30,717 bases of DNA from positions 1-30,717 of IMG/VR virus record IMGVR_UViG_3300032225_001439, one strand, 5' to 3'. Source of the stretch: a virus. Its lineage: Duplodnaviria > Caudoviricetes. Positions within the stretch are counted from its first letter, which is position 1. Every line of letters begins with the position of its first letter. Both the position numbers and the translations under genes were made by a program. Below the pieces are notes generated by a model that worked only from the letters and a program-made list of their open reading frames with translations, was not told the origin of the DNA and made no database searches. Shown here piece by piece: positions 15,588 to 24,958 of this stretch.

Positions 15588-15784
15588 CGTTGGCACAGCG
15601 ATTGAGAGAGGCGGCGCACCTGCACCCATTCCCGGTGCAGGCAGGGTTGATGCTCCTGGCTGCCGATGAGCTGGAGCGCCGGGCCAGCGGCGCGCCCGAG
15701 CCCAATGATACTGCAGATGAGAAAGCCGCGAGAGTGGTGCGCACGCACGCGGCGGCAGTGAAGCGCAGGAGGGGCAAGGCATGA
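15584..15784 (+). CDS. Small hypothetical protein
   Basis: AGGAGG SD; LAQRLRE...AADELER motif common in phage early genes. Confidence 0.65.
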   Translation: MTLAQRLREAAHLHPFPVQAGLMLLAADELERRASGAPEPNDTADEKAARVVRTHAAAVKRRRGKA

Positions 15785-16329
15785 CAGACCGGGACCATTT
15801 CGCAGCGGCAGCGCTCACGGGGATGCTCTCGCGCGGTGACCTCACCGACATCCCGGCGCGTGCCTGGAAAGCCGCTGACGCAATGCTGCGGGAGCGTGGC
15901 GCAGCGTGTGAAAAGCAACAATCGCAGCAGGCAGAAAGCAATGAAACACCATCACCCACGCGCCAATGCGTGCCACCAGCAGTGCAGCCCTCAGATGAGG
16001 AAACGCGCCAGCGTGGTGATGGGCTCCGAGACGCGGGCGCGCTGACAAAGCATCACGCAGCGGGTGGGCCGGAGCAAATTACATCTCAGCCTGTTGCTTG
16101 GGTTGTTGTTGATGTGCATGGAAAGGCAGTGGCGTTTGCATTTGGGAAAAAGGATGCCGAGTGGCACGCAAGGAAAGGGGATGTCATCTGGCCACTGTAT
16201 CGGCAGGCGCAGCCTGCGCTCACCGAGGATGAGCGCGATGCCATGGCCACTGCAGCGTTTGATGCAGAGGCCCGATGCCACTATGAGCGTGGCAGGTTTT
16301 TGAGGGCACTGATGGAGCGTTTGAAATGA
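15781..16329 (+). CDS. Mosaic phage early protein
   Basis: RDHFAAAALTGML...AWKAADAMLRER module followed by a QPVAW...PLYR module. Confidence 0.7.
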   Translation: MTDRDHFAAAALTGMLSRGDLTDIPARAWKAADAMLRERGAACEKQQSQQAESNETPSPTRQCVPPAVQPSDEETRQRGDGLRDAGALTKHHAAGGPEQITSQPVAWVVVDVHGKAVAFAFGKKDAEWHARKGDVIWPLYRQAQPALTEDERDAMATAAFDAEARCHYERGRFLRALMERLK

Positions 16330-16574
16330 GCCCAGCCGATTTGGCCAGGATTGCGCGCCGCAGGTTTTGCGCCTTTCGAGGCTCACGGTTTTTGTCTGGC
16401 CACTGCAGCCGGTGCCTGCAATCGGTGCAGGTCACCGTGGAGGATGCGGCACGCTCACTGGCAGACGATTACGAATCCATCCTGTGCACCGAGTGTGCGC
16501 CCAGGCCACTATTGGACCGGGCGCATTTCCTCACGCCACGGCAATGCGCCGCGCTTTGCAAAACTAGATCATGA
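16326..16574 (+). CDS. Zinc-ribbon-like hypothetical protein
   Basis: CSRC...CTEC; ATGA overlaps. Confidence 0.6.
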   Translation: MSPADLARIARRRFCAFRGSRFLSGHCSRCLQSVQVTVEDAARSLADDYESILCTECAPRPLLDRAHFLTPRQCAALCKTRS

Positions 16575-16819
16575 GAGGAGAAAGCATGGGCAGCACGCGG
16601 GACGGTATATCGCGCGGTGTTAAGTGCATCCGCGCATATAAAGAAAACGAGCCATGCGGCGGTCATTGCTGCATCGCGTGCAGCCGGTGGTTTTATTGCG
16701 GCGAGAAACACGCCTGCCCGCCACGACCTGAGCGAACCGAGACAGGCATTGAGAGGCGGCAGACATTTGCCGAGAGGCTTTCGAGCGGGTCGAAGATGTT
16801 GGATCGTGACAGCAAATAA
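16571..16819 (+). CDS. Cys-rich hypothetical protein
   Basis: CIACSRWFYC...HAC; alternative start 16586 after AGGAG. Confidence 0.5.
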   Translation: MRGESMGSTRDGISRGVKCIRAYKENEPCGGHCCIACSRWFYCGEKHACPPRPERTETGIERRQTFAERLSSGSKMLDRDSK

Positions 16820-16842
16820 AACACACAGGAGCAGCGGCAGCG

Positions 16843-17235
16843 ATGGGCAGGATGCAGCGCGAGAAAGGCAAGCGCGGGGAGCGCGAGTGTGCAGCCGAGC
16901 TGCGGGAGCTGCTGGGCCCTGGAGTCTCGGCGCGCCGGGGCGTGCAGTACCAGGGTGGCCCAGACTCTCCAGATGTTGTCACCAACATCCAGCTGCACAT
17001 TGAGTGCAAGCGCGTAGAAAGCCTGCAGCTCTACCCTGCCCTGGCACAGGCTGAGGCAGACGCGCCACATGGCACGGTGCCTGTGGTCTGGCACAGGAGG
17101 AACGGCAGGCCATCGGTGGTCATTGTGGCCACCTCCAGGCTGCTGGAATTGGCCAACATAATCAGCGCCGCAGCAGCGCAAAAACCCGTGGAAAACCAGT
17201 GCGAAACGCACGCGGATAGCGAAAAACCCGGGTGA
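16843..17235 (+). CDS. Holliday junction resolvase (PD-(D/E)xK type)
   Basis: REKGKRGERE...SPDVV...HIECKRVE...QAEADA...PVVWHRRN pattern. Confidence 0.82.
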   Translation: MGRMQREKGKRGERECAAELRELLGPGVSARRGVQYQGGPDSPDVVTNIQLHIECKRVESLQLYPALAQAEADAPHGTVPVVWHRRNGRPSVVIVATSRLLELANIISAAAAQKPVENQCETHADSEKPG

Positions 17236-17400
17236 AACGCAGAAAATGAGTTTCGACCGAGAAAAACAGGGGTCAAGTGCGTTTGGCCCTAGAAAAATAG
17301 GGGTTTTTGAGCGCAAAAACGCCCACGGACCCCCCCAGGGGGGGCCTGCGGGTCCCCCCGGCGGCACGCCGCTGCCCCCTACCGGCTGCGAACTCCCCTA

Positions 17401-19536
17401 ATGCCAAAAAACTTTGTTTCACCCGAGGCCCAGGGGGCAAACCAGACCCCCGCCCAGGCGGCTGCCTACGCTGCCCATCGGGAGCGTGCGGCGGCACGCA
17501 TGGCCAAGCTCTCAGAGTCTGGCCGAGACATCGGGGAGCTGCCCGCAGTGGTAGACCCCGCGCGAAAGGCTGCGGCAGCTCGGAATTTTCGCGCTTTTTG
17601 TGAGAGCTATTTTCGCCAGACGTTTGCTCTGGAGTGGAGTGATGACCACCTGCGCGTGATTGCTGCCATTGAGGCCAGCGTGCTGGAGGGTGGCCTGTTT
17701 GCTTTTGCCATGCCGCGCGGCAGCGGCAAAACCAGCCTGGTGGAAACCGCTGCCCTCTGGGCTCTGCTTTACGGTCACAGAGAAATGGTGTGCATCATTG
17801 GTGCCGATGAGGAACACGCGGCCACCATGCTGGACTCCATCAAGATTGAGTGCGAAATAAACGATGACCTCGCAGCCGATTTCCCCGAGGTGTGTTACCC
17901 CATCCAGAAACTGGACCGCATCCACCAGCGTGCCCTGGGCCAGCTCTACAAAGGCAAGCCCACGCACATGCACTGGAGCGCGAAGGAAATCACTTTTCCA
18001 ACGCTGGAGGGCTCAGCTGCCAGCGGTGGTGTCATCCAGGTTTCGGGCATCACCGGGCGCATCCGTGGCATGAGCGCGAAACGCGCGGACGGCAAGAAAA
18101 TCCGCCCGAGCCTGGTTCTCATCGATGACCCGCAGACCGATGAGAGCGCGAACAGCCCCAGCCAGTGTGCCACGCGCGAGGCGGTGCTATCCGGTGCGGT
18201 GCTGGGCCTAGCCGGGCCCGGGCGCAAAATCGCGGGGCTCACCACCATTACCGTCATTCGGCGCGATGACCTAGCAGACCGGCTGTTGAATCGTGAGCGA
18301 AACCCGGCCTGGCAGGGCCAGCGCACGCAGCTCATCTATGAGTGGCCCACGAATGAGGCGCGGTGGAATGAATACGCAGAGCTGCGGAAAGCCGGGCAGC
18401 GCGATGGGCGTGGCACCGAGCCTGCCAATGAATACTATCGGCAGCACCAGGCGGAAATGGATGCCGGGGCCCGTGTTGCCTGGCAACAGCGGCACAACCC
18501 AGATGAGCTGACGGCAGTGCAGCATTGCTGGAACATCCGCATTGACCGTGGAGAGCAATCGTTTGCAGCTGAATACCAAAACGCGCCGGTGATGGAGGGC
18601 CCCACCACTGCGGCGCTGGAGAAATCGGGCCTCGGTTCCCAGTGCGTCAACGTGCCACCATTCCTGGTGCCCGCTGGCATCGACACGCTCACTGCGTTTG
18701 TCGATGTGCAGGAGCGTGCCCTCTATTGGGCGGTGATGGGTTTCGGCCACCAGCTCAGGGGCCACCTCCTGGCCTATGGCACATTCCCCGAGCAGCCGCG
18801 CAGCTACTTCACGCTGCGCGACATCCGCAAAACGCTGGTCAAGGTAGCGGGGGGCGTGAGCCTAGAGGCGGCGCTATACGCTGGCCTGGAGCTGGTGGCC
18901 GATGCCATCCTCTCAAGGCAGTACCAGAGGGAGAATGATGACGCAGCGCTCCAGGTGGGGCTCATGCTCATCGATGCCAACTGGGCACAAACCGCAGGAG
19001 TGGTGCGCGATTTTGCCAGACGCAGCACCCACGGCACGCGCATTTTCCCGAGCCATGGCCGGTTTGTGGGAGCCTCGGGCTCCACGCTCAGTGACAAAAA
19101 ACCAGACAAAGGGGAGCGCGTGGGCGCGAATTGGCGCACCAGCACCATCCAAAAGCAGCGGCACATTTTGTTTGACACCAATGCGTGGAAAAGTTTTGCG
19201 GCATCCAAACTGCGGCTGCCAGCAGCTGACCCGCAGGCGCTCACGCTCCACCAGGCCACGGCCACTCATGAAATGCTCTATGAGCATCTGACCAGTGAAT
19301 ACCCTGTGCGCACCGAGGCCAGGGGGCGGGTGGTTGATGAGTGGCGGCTGATACCTGGCCGCGATAATCACTGGTGGGATTGCCTGGTGGGCTGCTGCGT
19401 GGCTGCCAGTGTGCTGGGTGTTAGCGCCATCGGTGCCAACTCCCAGGGTGGCATCCAGCCGAGAGCGCGCAAGAAAATCAGCCCAGAGGAAATGGCTGCC
19501 AAGCGCGCGGCACTCATGGCGCGCATGGGGCGCTAA
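17401..19536 (+). CDS. terL: Terminase large subunit (GpA-like nuclease domain)
   Basis: Walker A AMPRGSGKT, Walker B LVLIDDPQ, AEYQN, FVDVQ, RDNHWWDC; upstream of portal. Confidence 0.9.
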   Translation: MPKNFVSPEAQGANQTPAQAAAYAAHRERAAARMAKLSESGRDIGELPAVVDPARKAAAARNFRAFCESYFRQTFALEWSDDHLRVIAAIEASVLEGGLFAFAMPRGSGKTSLVETAALWALLYGHREMVCIIGADEEHAATMLDSIKIECEINDDLAADFPEVCYPIQKLDRIHQRALGQLYKGKPTHMHWSAKEITFPTLEGSAASGGVIQVSGITGRIRGMSAKRADGKKIRPSLVLIDDPQTDESANSPSQCATREAVLSGAVLGLAGPGRKIAGLTTITVIRRDDLADRLLNRERNPAWQGQRTQLIYEWPTNEARWNEYAELRKAGQRDGRGTEPANEYYRQHQAEMDAGARVAWQQRHNPDELTAVQHCWNIRIDRGEQSFAAEYQNAPVMEGPTTAALEKSGLGSQCVNVPPFLVPAGIDTLTAFVDVQERALYWAVMGFGHQLRGHLLAYGTFPEQPRSYFTLRDIRKTLVKVAGGVSLEAALYAGLELVADAILSRQYQRENDDAALQVGLMLIDANWAQTAGVVRDFARRSTHGTRIFPSHGRFVGASGSTLSDKKPDKGERVGANWRTSTIQKQRHILFDTNAWKSFAASKLRLPAADPQALTLHQATATHEMLYEHLTSEYPVRTEARGRVVDEWRLIPGRDNHWWDCLVGCCVAASVLGVSAIGANSQGGIQPRARKKISPEEMAAKRAALMARMGR

Positions 19537-19629
19537 TCGCCACACCGTTGATGCTCCACTGCGGATGTGCGCAAACTCTCGAGCCTGCTGTACGCTTGTT
19601 CACGTAGTCTCGAGGGTGCAGCCGCAGCA

Positions 19630-19657
19630 TTGACATCCGTACAGGTGGCGCGACAAT
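19630..19657 (+). promoter_or_regulatory. Candidate sigma70 promoter for the GNAT gene
   Basis: TTGACA-16 nt-GACAAT, 9 nt before ATG 19667; no SD. Confidence 0.45.
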
Positions 19658-19666
19658 CCCGCCACC

Positions 19667-20068
19667 ATGCAGTGCGACATCACCACCATTGGCAACCTCA
19701 GCCAGGCTGACCGGCAGCAGCTGCTCACCGGGCTCACGCGCCCGGGCTCGGAAATGCAGGATGAGCTGAGCGCGTTTTCCACCAGCTCCACACCCATTGC
19801 GGTGGTGCGTGCAAACACTGGAGCCATCTGCGCCTGGGCAGCCTCTCACCGCTGGAATGGTTTTTGCACGTTGGAGGGCTGGACGGCCATGGGTGTGCGC
19901 GGCCAGGGCATCGGCAGCTGGGCTGCCGCCGGGCTCATCGCGCGCGGGGTGCTGATAAAGGGCACCTCGGTGGCTGTGTTCGCGCCCGCGTGCATGGTCA
20001 TGGCAACACACTTGGGGCTGCGCCCCGTGCTGTTTCGGTTCGATGGGTCCGATTGGGTCAAAGCATGA
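19667..20068 (+). CDS. GNAT-like acetyltransferase
   Basis: EGWTAMGVRGQGIGS acetyl-CoA binding motif A (RxxGxG) and late ATHLGL motif. Confidence 0.6.
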   Translation: MQCDITTIGNLSQADRQQLLTGLTRPGSEMQDELSAFSTSSTPIAVVRANTGAICAWAASHRWNGFCTLEGWTAMGVRGQGIGSWAAAGLIARGVLIKGTSVAVFAPACMVMATHLGLRPVLFRFDGSDWVKA

Positions 20069-20078
20069 AAGGGTTTCA

Positions 20079-20399
20079 ATGAAACGCGCTCTGATTGTGT
20101 TGATGCTGTCTCTGCTCTGTGCCATGGCGCACGCTGACACCACCTACACCACCACCACGGTGACCATCACCACGGCGCAGCAGGATGCCGAGGAAATGGC
20201 GCGCACGGGGGTGCTGCGACACTGTGGCCGCGCCAACGGCAGGCGTGAGGGCATCGGCAGCGGCATGAGCCGAGCTGAAGCCATCCGAAACTGCTGCTAC
20301 TGGGGGCAGTGGGTGCCCGTTGAGATTGGCGCGGCGCAGGGCCCGCGCGGGCGGTGGTATGCCGTCGTGCGCTATAGCGCCCAGCCGGTGGCCCGGTAA
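20079..20399 (+). CDS. Small secreted protein, possibly reduced CAP/SCP-like
   Basis: Signal peptide MKRALIVLMLSLLCAMAHA; AEEMARTGVLRH...EGIG...NCCYWG...GAAQG...WYAVVRY. Confidence 0.6.
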   Translation: MKRALIVLMLSLLCAMAHADTTYTTTTVTITTAQQDAEEMARTGVLRHCGRANGRREGIGSGMSRAEAIRNCCYWGQWVPVEIGAAQGPRGRWYAVVRYSAQPVAR

Positions 20400-20453
20400 A
20401 CATTGGTACACTATAGGTGAAGTGCCCCCGCACAACCTCCATGGAGGGTGAAA

Positions 20454-20735
20454 ATGGACGCTGCAGCCATCATCAACGCGCTCGGTGCCAACCTGGCACA
20501 GCCCAAGCGTGCGCGCACGGATGCGGGGGAGATTGAGCAGCATGACCTGGCTACGCAGCTGGCCATGGCCAAATTTCTCCTGGCGCAAAACTCTGTCAGC
20601 CGTTCCCCATTTCGAGCGCTGCGGTTTGCCCAGGTGATTGCCAGCAACGCCACCGGGGGCTCAGACCCGGTGGCCGTTGCTGCGGTCTATCCGCCACCTG
20701 GCATGGCGGGCCTCCCGGGGTATGACATCGGGTGA
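20454..20735 (+). CDS. Probable head-to-tail joining (gpW-position) protein
   Basis: Directly before the portal; PKRARTDAGEIEQHDL; GGAGG before ATG 20454. Confidence 0.6.
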   Translation: MDAAAIINALGANLAQPKRARTDAGEIEQHDLATQLAMAKFLLAQNSVSRSPFRALRFAQVIASNATGGSDPVAVAAVYPPPGMAGLPGYDIG

Positions 20736-22150
20736 AAATCTTTGGCCTCAATTTCGGGCGGAAGCCAGCGCCGCAGGCTGAGCCTGTGCGGGCCCGGTAT
20801 GATGCCGCGCAAACCACACCGCTGAATCAGCGGCACTGGAGCCAGGCGGATTGGCTCTCGGCTGATGCCGCGCTGCACCCCGGTGTGCGGCGCACGCTGC
20901 GCACCCGGGCCCGGTATGAGGCTGCAAACAACAGCTACCTGGCCGGGATGCTCTCCACCCTGGCCACGGACCTGGTTGGCACGGGCCCCAGGCTCCAGCT
21001 CCATGTGGATGCCGCTGACACTGACAGTGAGGCGGTGCGCCGCGTGGAGTCTGCGGTGGGTGAGTGGATGCTGGAAACGGACCTGGCCAACAAGCTGCGA
21101 CTAATGCGGCAGGCCCGCGCGTGTGACGGTGAGGCATTTGCCCTCATCACCACCAACCCCCAGCTCACTGGCGTGCAGCTGGATTGCAAGCTCATAGAGG
21201 CTGACCAGGTAGCAAACCCCACCTGGATTTTAGAGCTGGGTGCCATCGACGGGCTGCGGCTGGATGAGTCTGGCAACGTGGCCCAGTTTCATGTGATGCG
21301 CCACCACCCGGGCAGCCTCACCTGGAGCCAAAACCTCGGGGATTGGCTCCCAGCCTCGCGCGTGCTGCATTGGGCGCACCGCACCAGGCCCGGCCAGCAC
21401 CGTGGCGTGGGAGAGGTGGTGCCAGCGCTGGAGCTGTTTGCCCTCCTGCGGCGCTACACGCTGGCGGTGGTCACCGCTGCGGAAACCGCTGCCGATTTTG
21501 CGGCGCTCATCAGCACCAACACCCCAGGCGGTGACAGTGGCGCAGCAGCGCTGCCCGAGTGGGACACCATGCCGATTGTGCGCGGCATGGCTATGAGCCT
21601 GCCCGAGGGGTGGAGCGCCACGCAGATGCGCCCCGAGCATCCCACGGCCACCTATGGCGATTTCAAACGCAACCTGCTCTCTGAAATCGCGCGCTGCTTG
21701 AACCTGCCGTTCAATGTCGCGGCGCTAGATTCCAGCTCCTACAATTTCTCCAGCTCCAAATCTGATTGGGCTGTGTATTACAAACACCTCAAAGCCCTCC
21801 GCGCTGACCTTGAGCGAGTGGTGTTGGATCGGCTCCTGGCCCTGTGGCTGGATGAGGCCGCGCTGGTCCCGGGGCTCATCCCCAATGGCCTCCCCCCTGT
21901 TGCCCAGTGGCAGTGGCGCTGGGTGTGGGATGGCATGGAGCATATCGACCCGGTGAAGGAAGCAGACGCGCAGGCACTGCGCCTCCAAAACAACACCACC
22001 ACCCTGGCTGATGAGTGTGCCAAGGTGGGCGCGGATTGGCGCACCGTGCTGCGGCAGCGCGCGATGGAGCGGGCCCTGCTCCGTGAGCTGGGCATGGATG
22101 AGGTGCCGCCGAAACCCAACACACAGCAGCCCCAGGAGGCCAACCAGTGA
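20732..22150 (+). CDS. Portal protein, lambda family
   Basis: LRTRARYEAANN, VGTGPRLQ, DGEAF, RPGQHRGV, SSYNFSS and IDPVKEA motifs. Confidence 0.92.
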   Translation: MKIFGLNFGRKPAPQAEPVRARYDAAQTTPLNQRHWSQADWLSADAALHPGVRRTLRTRARYEAANNSYLAGMLSTLATDLVGTGPRLQLHVDAADTDSEAVRRVESAVGEWMLETDLANKLRLMRQARACDGEAFALITTNPQLTGVQLDCKLIEADQVANPTWILELGAIDGLRLDESGNVAQFHVMRHHPGSLTWSQNLGDWLPASRVLHWAHRTRPGQHRGVGEVVPALELFALLRRYTLAVVTAAETAADFAALISTNTPGGDSGAAALPEWDTMPIVRGMAMSLPEGWSATQMRPEHPTATYGDFKRNLLSEIARCLNLPFNVAALDSSSYNFSSSKSDWAVYYKHLKALRADLERVVLDRLLALWLDEAALVPGLIPNGLPPVAQWQWRWVWDGMEHIDPVKEADAQALRLQNNTTTLADECAKVGADWRTVLRQRAMERALLRELGMDEVPPKPNTQQPQEANQ

Positions 22151-24018
22151 AAAACGCACGCAAGTGGAACCAGCAGACGCGCCGCAGCATCAAAGCTGCA
22201 GACACCACACCCCGGGCAATGAGCCTGGCCGGTGAGGTGCGGTTTGAAGCGCCGCAGGTGCAGGCGGATGGCCAGGCTGGAGGACCGCCCACATTTAGCC
22301 TGGTGGCCTACACCGGGCGCGCCATCCGGCAGGCATGGAGCAGAAACCCGTTGGTGGTGGACCTGGCTGGTATGGACCTCGCGCGGCAGTCCATTCCCAT
22401 CCTGTTTGGGCACGATCACAGCCTGGAGGCGGTGCTGGGTCAATCCACCTCGGTGGTGAGTGATGGTGAGCAGCTCACGCTCACGGGTGAGCTGATTGGA
22501 GAAACGCAGACCGCGCAGCAGGTGCTGGCACTCGCGCGCAGGGGGATGCAATTCCAGGCCAGCATCGGCGCGGACACCAGCCGCATTGAAAACATTGCCC
22601 AGGGGGAGCCCGTGACCGTCAACGGCAGGGATTTCACCGGGCCCATTTCTGTGGTGCGCGCCAGCGCACTGCGTGAGGTTTCGATTGTCTTGATGGGTGC
22701 GGATGCCCAGACATCCGCCGCAATAGCTGCGGAAGCTACGGAGGTTTCACAAATGGCCGATGCCATCGAAACGCCCACCGAGGCTGAGGCCAAGGTGGAA
22801 GCCACCGCGATTGTCGCGGCGGAAGTGAAGCAGGAGCCCAAGGCTCCCGCCATCGACATCGACGCGCTCAAGGCTGAGCTGCGGGCTGAGCTGCTCGGGC
22901 ACATGCGTGCCGAGCGTGCGGCCCCGGCCATCCATGTGGCCGCGCCGGTCGATTCGGCGGCGGTGGTGGAGGCGGCGCTGTGTCTCCAGGCTGGCCTCGG
23001 CAACCCCGAAAAGGCTTTCGATGAGCGGACCTTGGAAGCGGCCAGCAAGGCCCGCAACTCGGTCACGATGTCGGAAGTGTTCGTTAAGGCGGCGGTGGCC
23101 AATGGCTACACGGGCTCCTACAGCATCAATAAGGCCAACGTGGCCCAGGTGCTGCAGGCGTCGTTTGCCACGCACGACATCTCCAACATTCTCAGCAATG
23201 TTGTCAACAAGTTCCTCATGCAGGGTTTCATGAGCGTTGAAAAGGCGTGGGAATCGGTTGCTGCCGTCCGCAGCGTTTCCGATTTCAAGGCCCTCAACCT
23301 CCTGCGCCTCAACGGTTCGTTCAAGTTCCTCAAGCAGGGCAATGCGGGTGAAATCAAGGTGGCGGCTGCGTCCGACACCAAGCGCTCGGTGTCTGCGGAC
23401 ACCTATGCCATCTCCACCCAAATCACCCGGCAGGATTTGGTGAACGATGACACCAGTGCCCTCAGCATGGTGCCCGCCCGCATGGGTCGCGGTGCCGCGC
23501 TGGCGCTGAATGAGCTGGTGTGGGGCACGTTTGAGGATGGCAACGCGGCCTACTATGCAGGTGCCACGGCTGGCAGCGGCAACGCTCTCACCATCGGCAG
23601 CCTGACCTCGGCCACCACGGGCTACCTCAAGCTCAAAGACCCCGATGGCAACCCGCTCGGCATCAATCCGAGCGTGCTGCTTGTTCCGGCTGACCTGGCC
23701 ATTCCTGCGGCGCAGTTGATGAGCAGCCAGCTGCTCATCAGCGGCAACACCACGGCCACCCCCAGCACCAACGTGCTGGCGGGCCGGTATAAGGTGGTCC
23801 CATCGGCTTACCTGACCTCCAGCTCCAGCTGGTGGCTCTGTGCCGATCCGATGGACCTCCCCACGCTGGATGTGGTGTTCCTCAATGGTCAGCAGGTGCC
23901 GACGATCGAGCAGGTCCAGGCTGATTACCAGCTCCTCGGTGTGGCCCTCCGTGGCTTCCTGGACGTGGGTGTGTGCAAGGGTGAATCCCTCGCGTGCTAC
24001 CGGATGGCCACCGCCTGA
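22147..24018 (+). CDS. Prohead protease-major capsid fusion (Mu gpT-like capsid)
   Basis: N-terminal AYTG...GHDH...QASIGA...LREVSIVLMGADAQT protease; C-terminal SVSDFK...ITRQDLVNDD...LLVP...FLNGQQVP capsid. Confidence 0.88.
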   Translation: MKNARKWNQQTRRSIKAADTTPRAMSLAGEVRFEAPQVQADGQAGGPPTFSLVAYTGRAIRQAWSRNPLVVDLAGMDLARQSIPILFGHDHSLEAVLGQSTSVVSDGEQLTLTGELIGETQTAQQVLALARRGMQFQASIGADTSRIENIAQGEPVTVNGRDFTGPISVVRASALREVSIVLMGADAQTSAAIAAEATEVSQMADAIETPTEAEAKVEATAIVAAEVKQEPKAPAIDIDALKAELRAELLGHMRAERAAPAIHVAAPVDSAAVVEAALCLQAGLGNPEKAFDERTLEAASKARNSVTMSEVFVKAAVANGYTGSYSINKANVAQVLQASFATHDISNILSNVVNKFLMQGFMSVEKAWESVAAVRSVSDFKALNLLRLNGSFKFLKQGNAGEIKVAAASDTKRSVSADTYAISTQITRQDLVNDDTSALSMVPARMGRGAALALNELVWGTFEDGNAAYYAGATAGSGNALTIGSLTSATTGYLKLKDPDGNPLGINPSVLLVPADLAIPAAQLMSSQLLISGNTTATPSTNVLAGRYKVVPSAYLTSSSSWWLCADPMDLPTLDVVFLNGQQVPTIEQVQADYQLLGVALRGFLDVGVCKGESLACYRMATA

Positions 24019-24045
24019 GCGGGCCTGAGCTGAGTGCAAACAGGA

Positions 24046-24076
24046 GCCCCGGGGCAGCAGCGTGCTGCCCCGGGGC
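24046..24076 (+). terminator. Perfect 14-bp hairpin after the capsid gene
   Basis: GCCCCGGGGCAGCA-GCG-TGCTGCCCCGGGGC; no immediate U tract, so possibly an mRNA stabiliser or processing site. Confidence 0.55.
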
Positions 24077-24116
24077 ATGATTCACAAACAAAGTTTTCTA
24101 GTAGAGGAGTTTTCAA

Positions 24117-24446
24117 ATGGGTGCTGCGTATTTCGCAGACGGTGATCTCATCGACTACACGCCGAGCGCGGCGGTGGCGGTGGGGGATGTGGTTGTCATT
24201 GGTGACACGGTGACGGTTGCGGTGCGTCCGATTGCGGCTAACACGCTCGGTGCGGTTGCCGTGGAGGGTGTGTTTACGTTCCCCAAGGCGACGGGCTCGG
24301 CCATCGGCCAGGGTGTCATCGTCTACTGGGATGCCACCAACGGTGTCATCACTGCCACGGCGGGCTCCAACAAGCGCGCGGGCAAGGTTGCCGCTGCGGC
24401 TGCTTCCTCGGATACCACCGTGAAGGTGGTGTTGAACCTCGTTTGA
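24117..24446 (+). CDS. DUF2190 family capsid-associated protein
   Basis: GDLIDYTPSAAVAVGDVVVIG...GAVAVEGVFTFPK...VYWD...TVKVVLN. Confidence 0.88.
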   Translation: MGAAYFADGDLIDYTPSAAVAVGDVVVIGDTVTVAVRPIAANTLGAVAVEGVFTFPKATGSAIGQGVIVYWDATNGVITATAGSNKRAGKVAAAAASSDTTVKVVLNLV

Positions 24447-24459
24447 TTCCACACGCAAG

Positions 24460-24500
24460 CCCCCACGGGCAGACGGCACGCTAGCGCCGCTGCCCTGGGG
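24460..24500 (+). terminator. Bulged GC-rich hairpin after the DUF2190 gene
   Basis: CCCCACGGGCAGACGGC...GCCGCTGCCCTGGGG. Confidence 0.35.
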
Positions 24501-24526
24501 GTGATGCGTACCACAGGGCTCATTCC

Positions 24527-24958
24527 ATGCAGGATTTGTTTTCACTGGGTGAGGCATGGTTTGAGCAGCAGAGAAAGGCACACCTCTCCACCACTGTGAC
24601 CTACGCACCAGGCGGTGGCATCCCGGTGAGCTGCTCGGCAACCGTGGCCATCGGCAGGTGGGAGGCGGTGGACGCAGCCGGGCAGCTGGTGCGGATGGAG
24701 ACGCGGGATTTTTTCATTGGCACGGATGACCTGCCAGCTGACCCGCTCAAAGGCGACACCATCACCGAGGCCGGGAAAAACTATGAGGTGGTGACAGTGG
24801 ACGGCAGCCGCAATCCATGGAGGTGGGCCAACCGCAGCCAAACGCTGCGGCGCATCCACACTCAGGCCCGCTCGCCTGGTGCTGTGGCTGATGCCATCAT
24901 TGACGGCGGCAGCTCCTGCAGCTCGGGCACCGCCATCGGCGGCGGGGGTGCGGCATGA
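24527..24958 (+). CDS. Head closure / head-tail adaptor protein
   Basis: Position after capsid genes; RDFFI...PLKGDTI...YEV...WRW...RRIHT. Confidence 0.7.
   Translation: MQDLFSLGEAWFEQQRKAHLSTTVTYAPGGGIPVSCSATVAIGRWEAVDAAGQLVRMETRDFFIGTDDLPADPLKGDTITEAGKNYEVVTVDGSRNPWRWANRSQTLRRIHTQARSPGAVADAIIDGGSSCSSGTAIGGGGAA

Noticed and set aside
22747-24078. Long antisense ORFs (443 aa here; also 11071-12174, 26250-27182, 6400-7224)
   Set aside because: Shadows of well-supported genes on the opposite strand, expected in GC-rich DNA.
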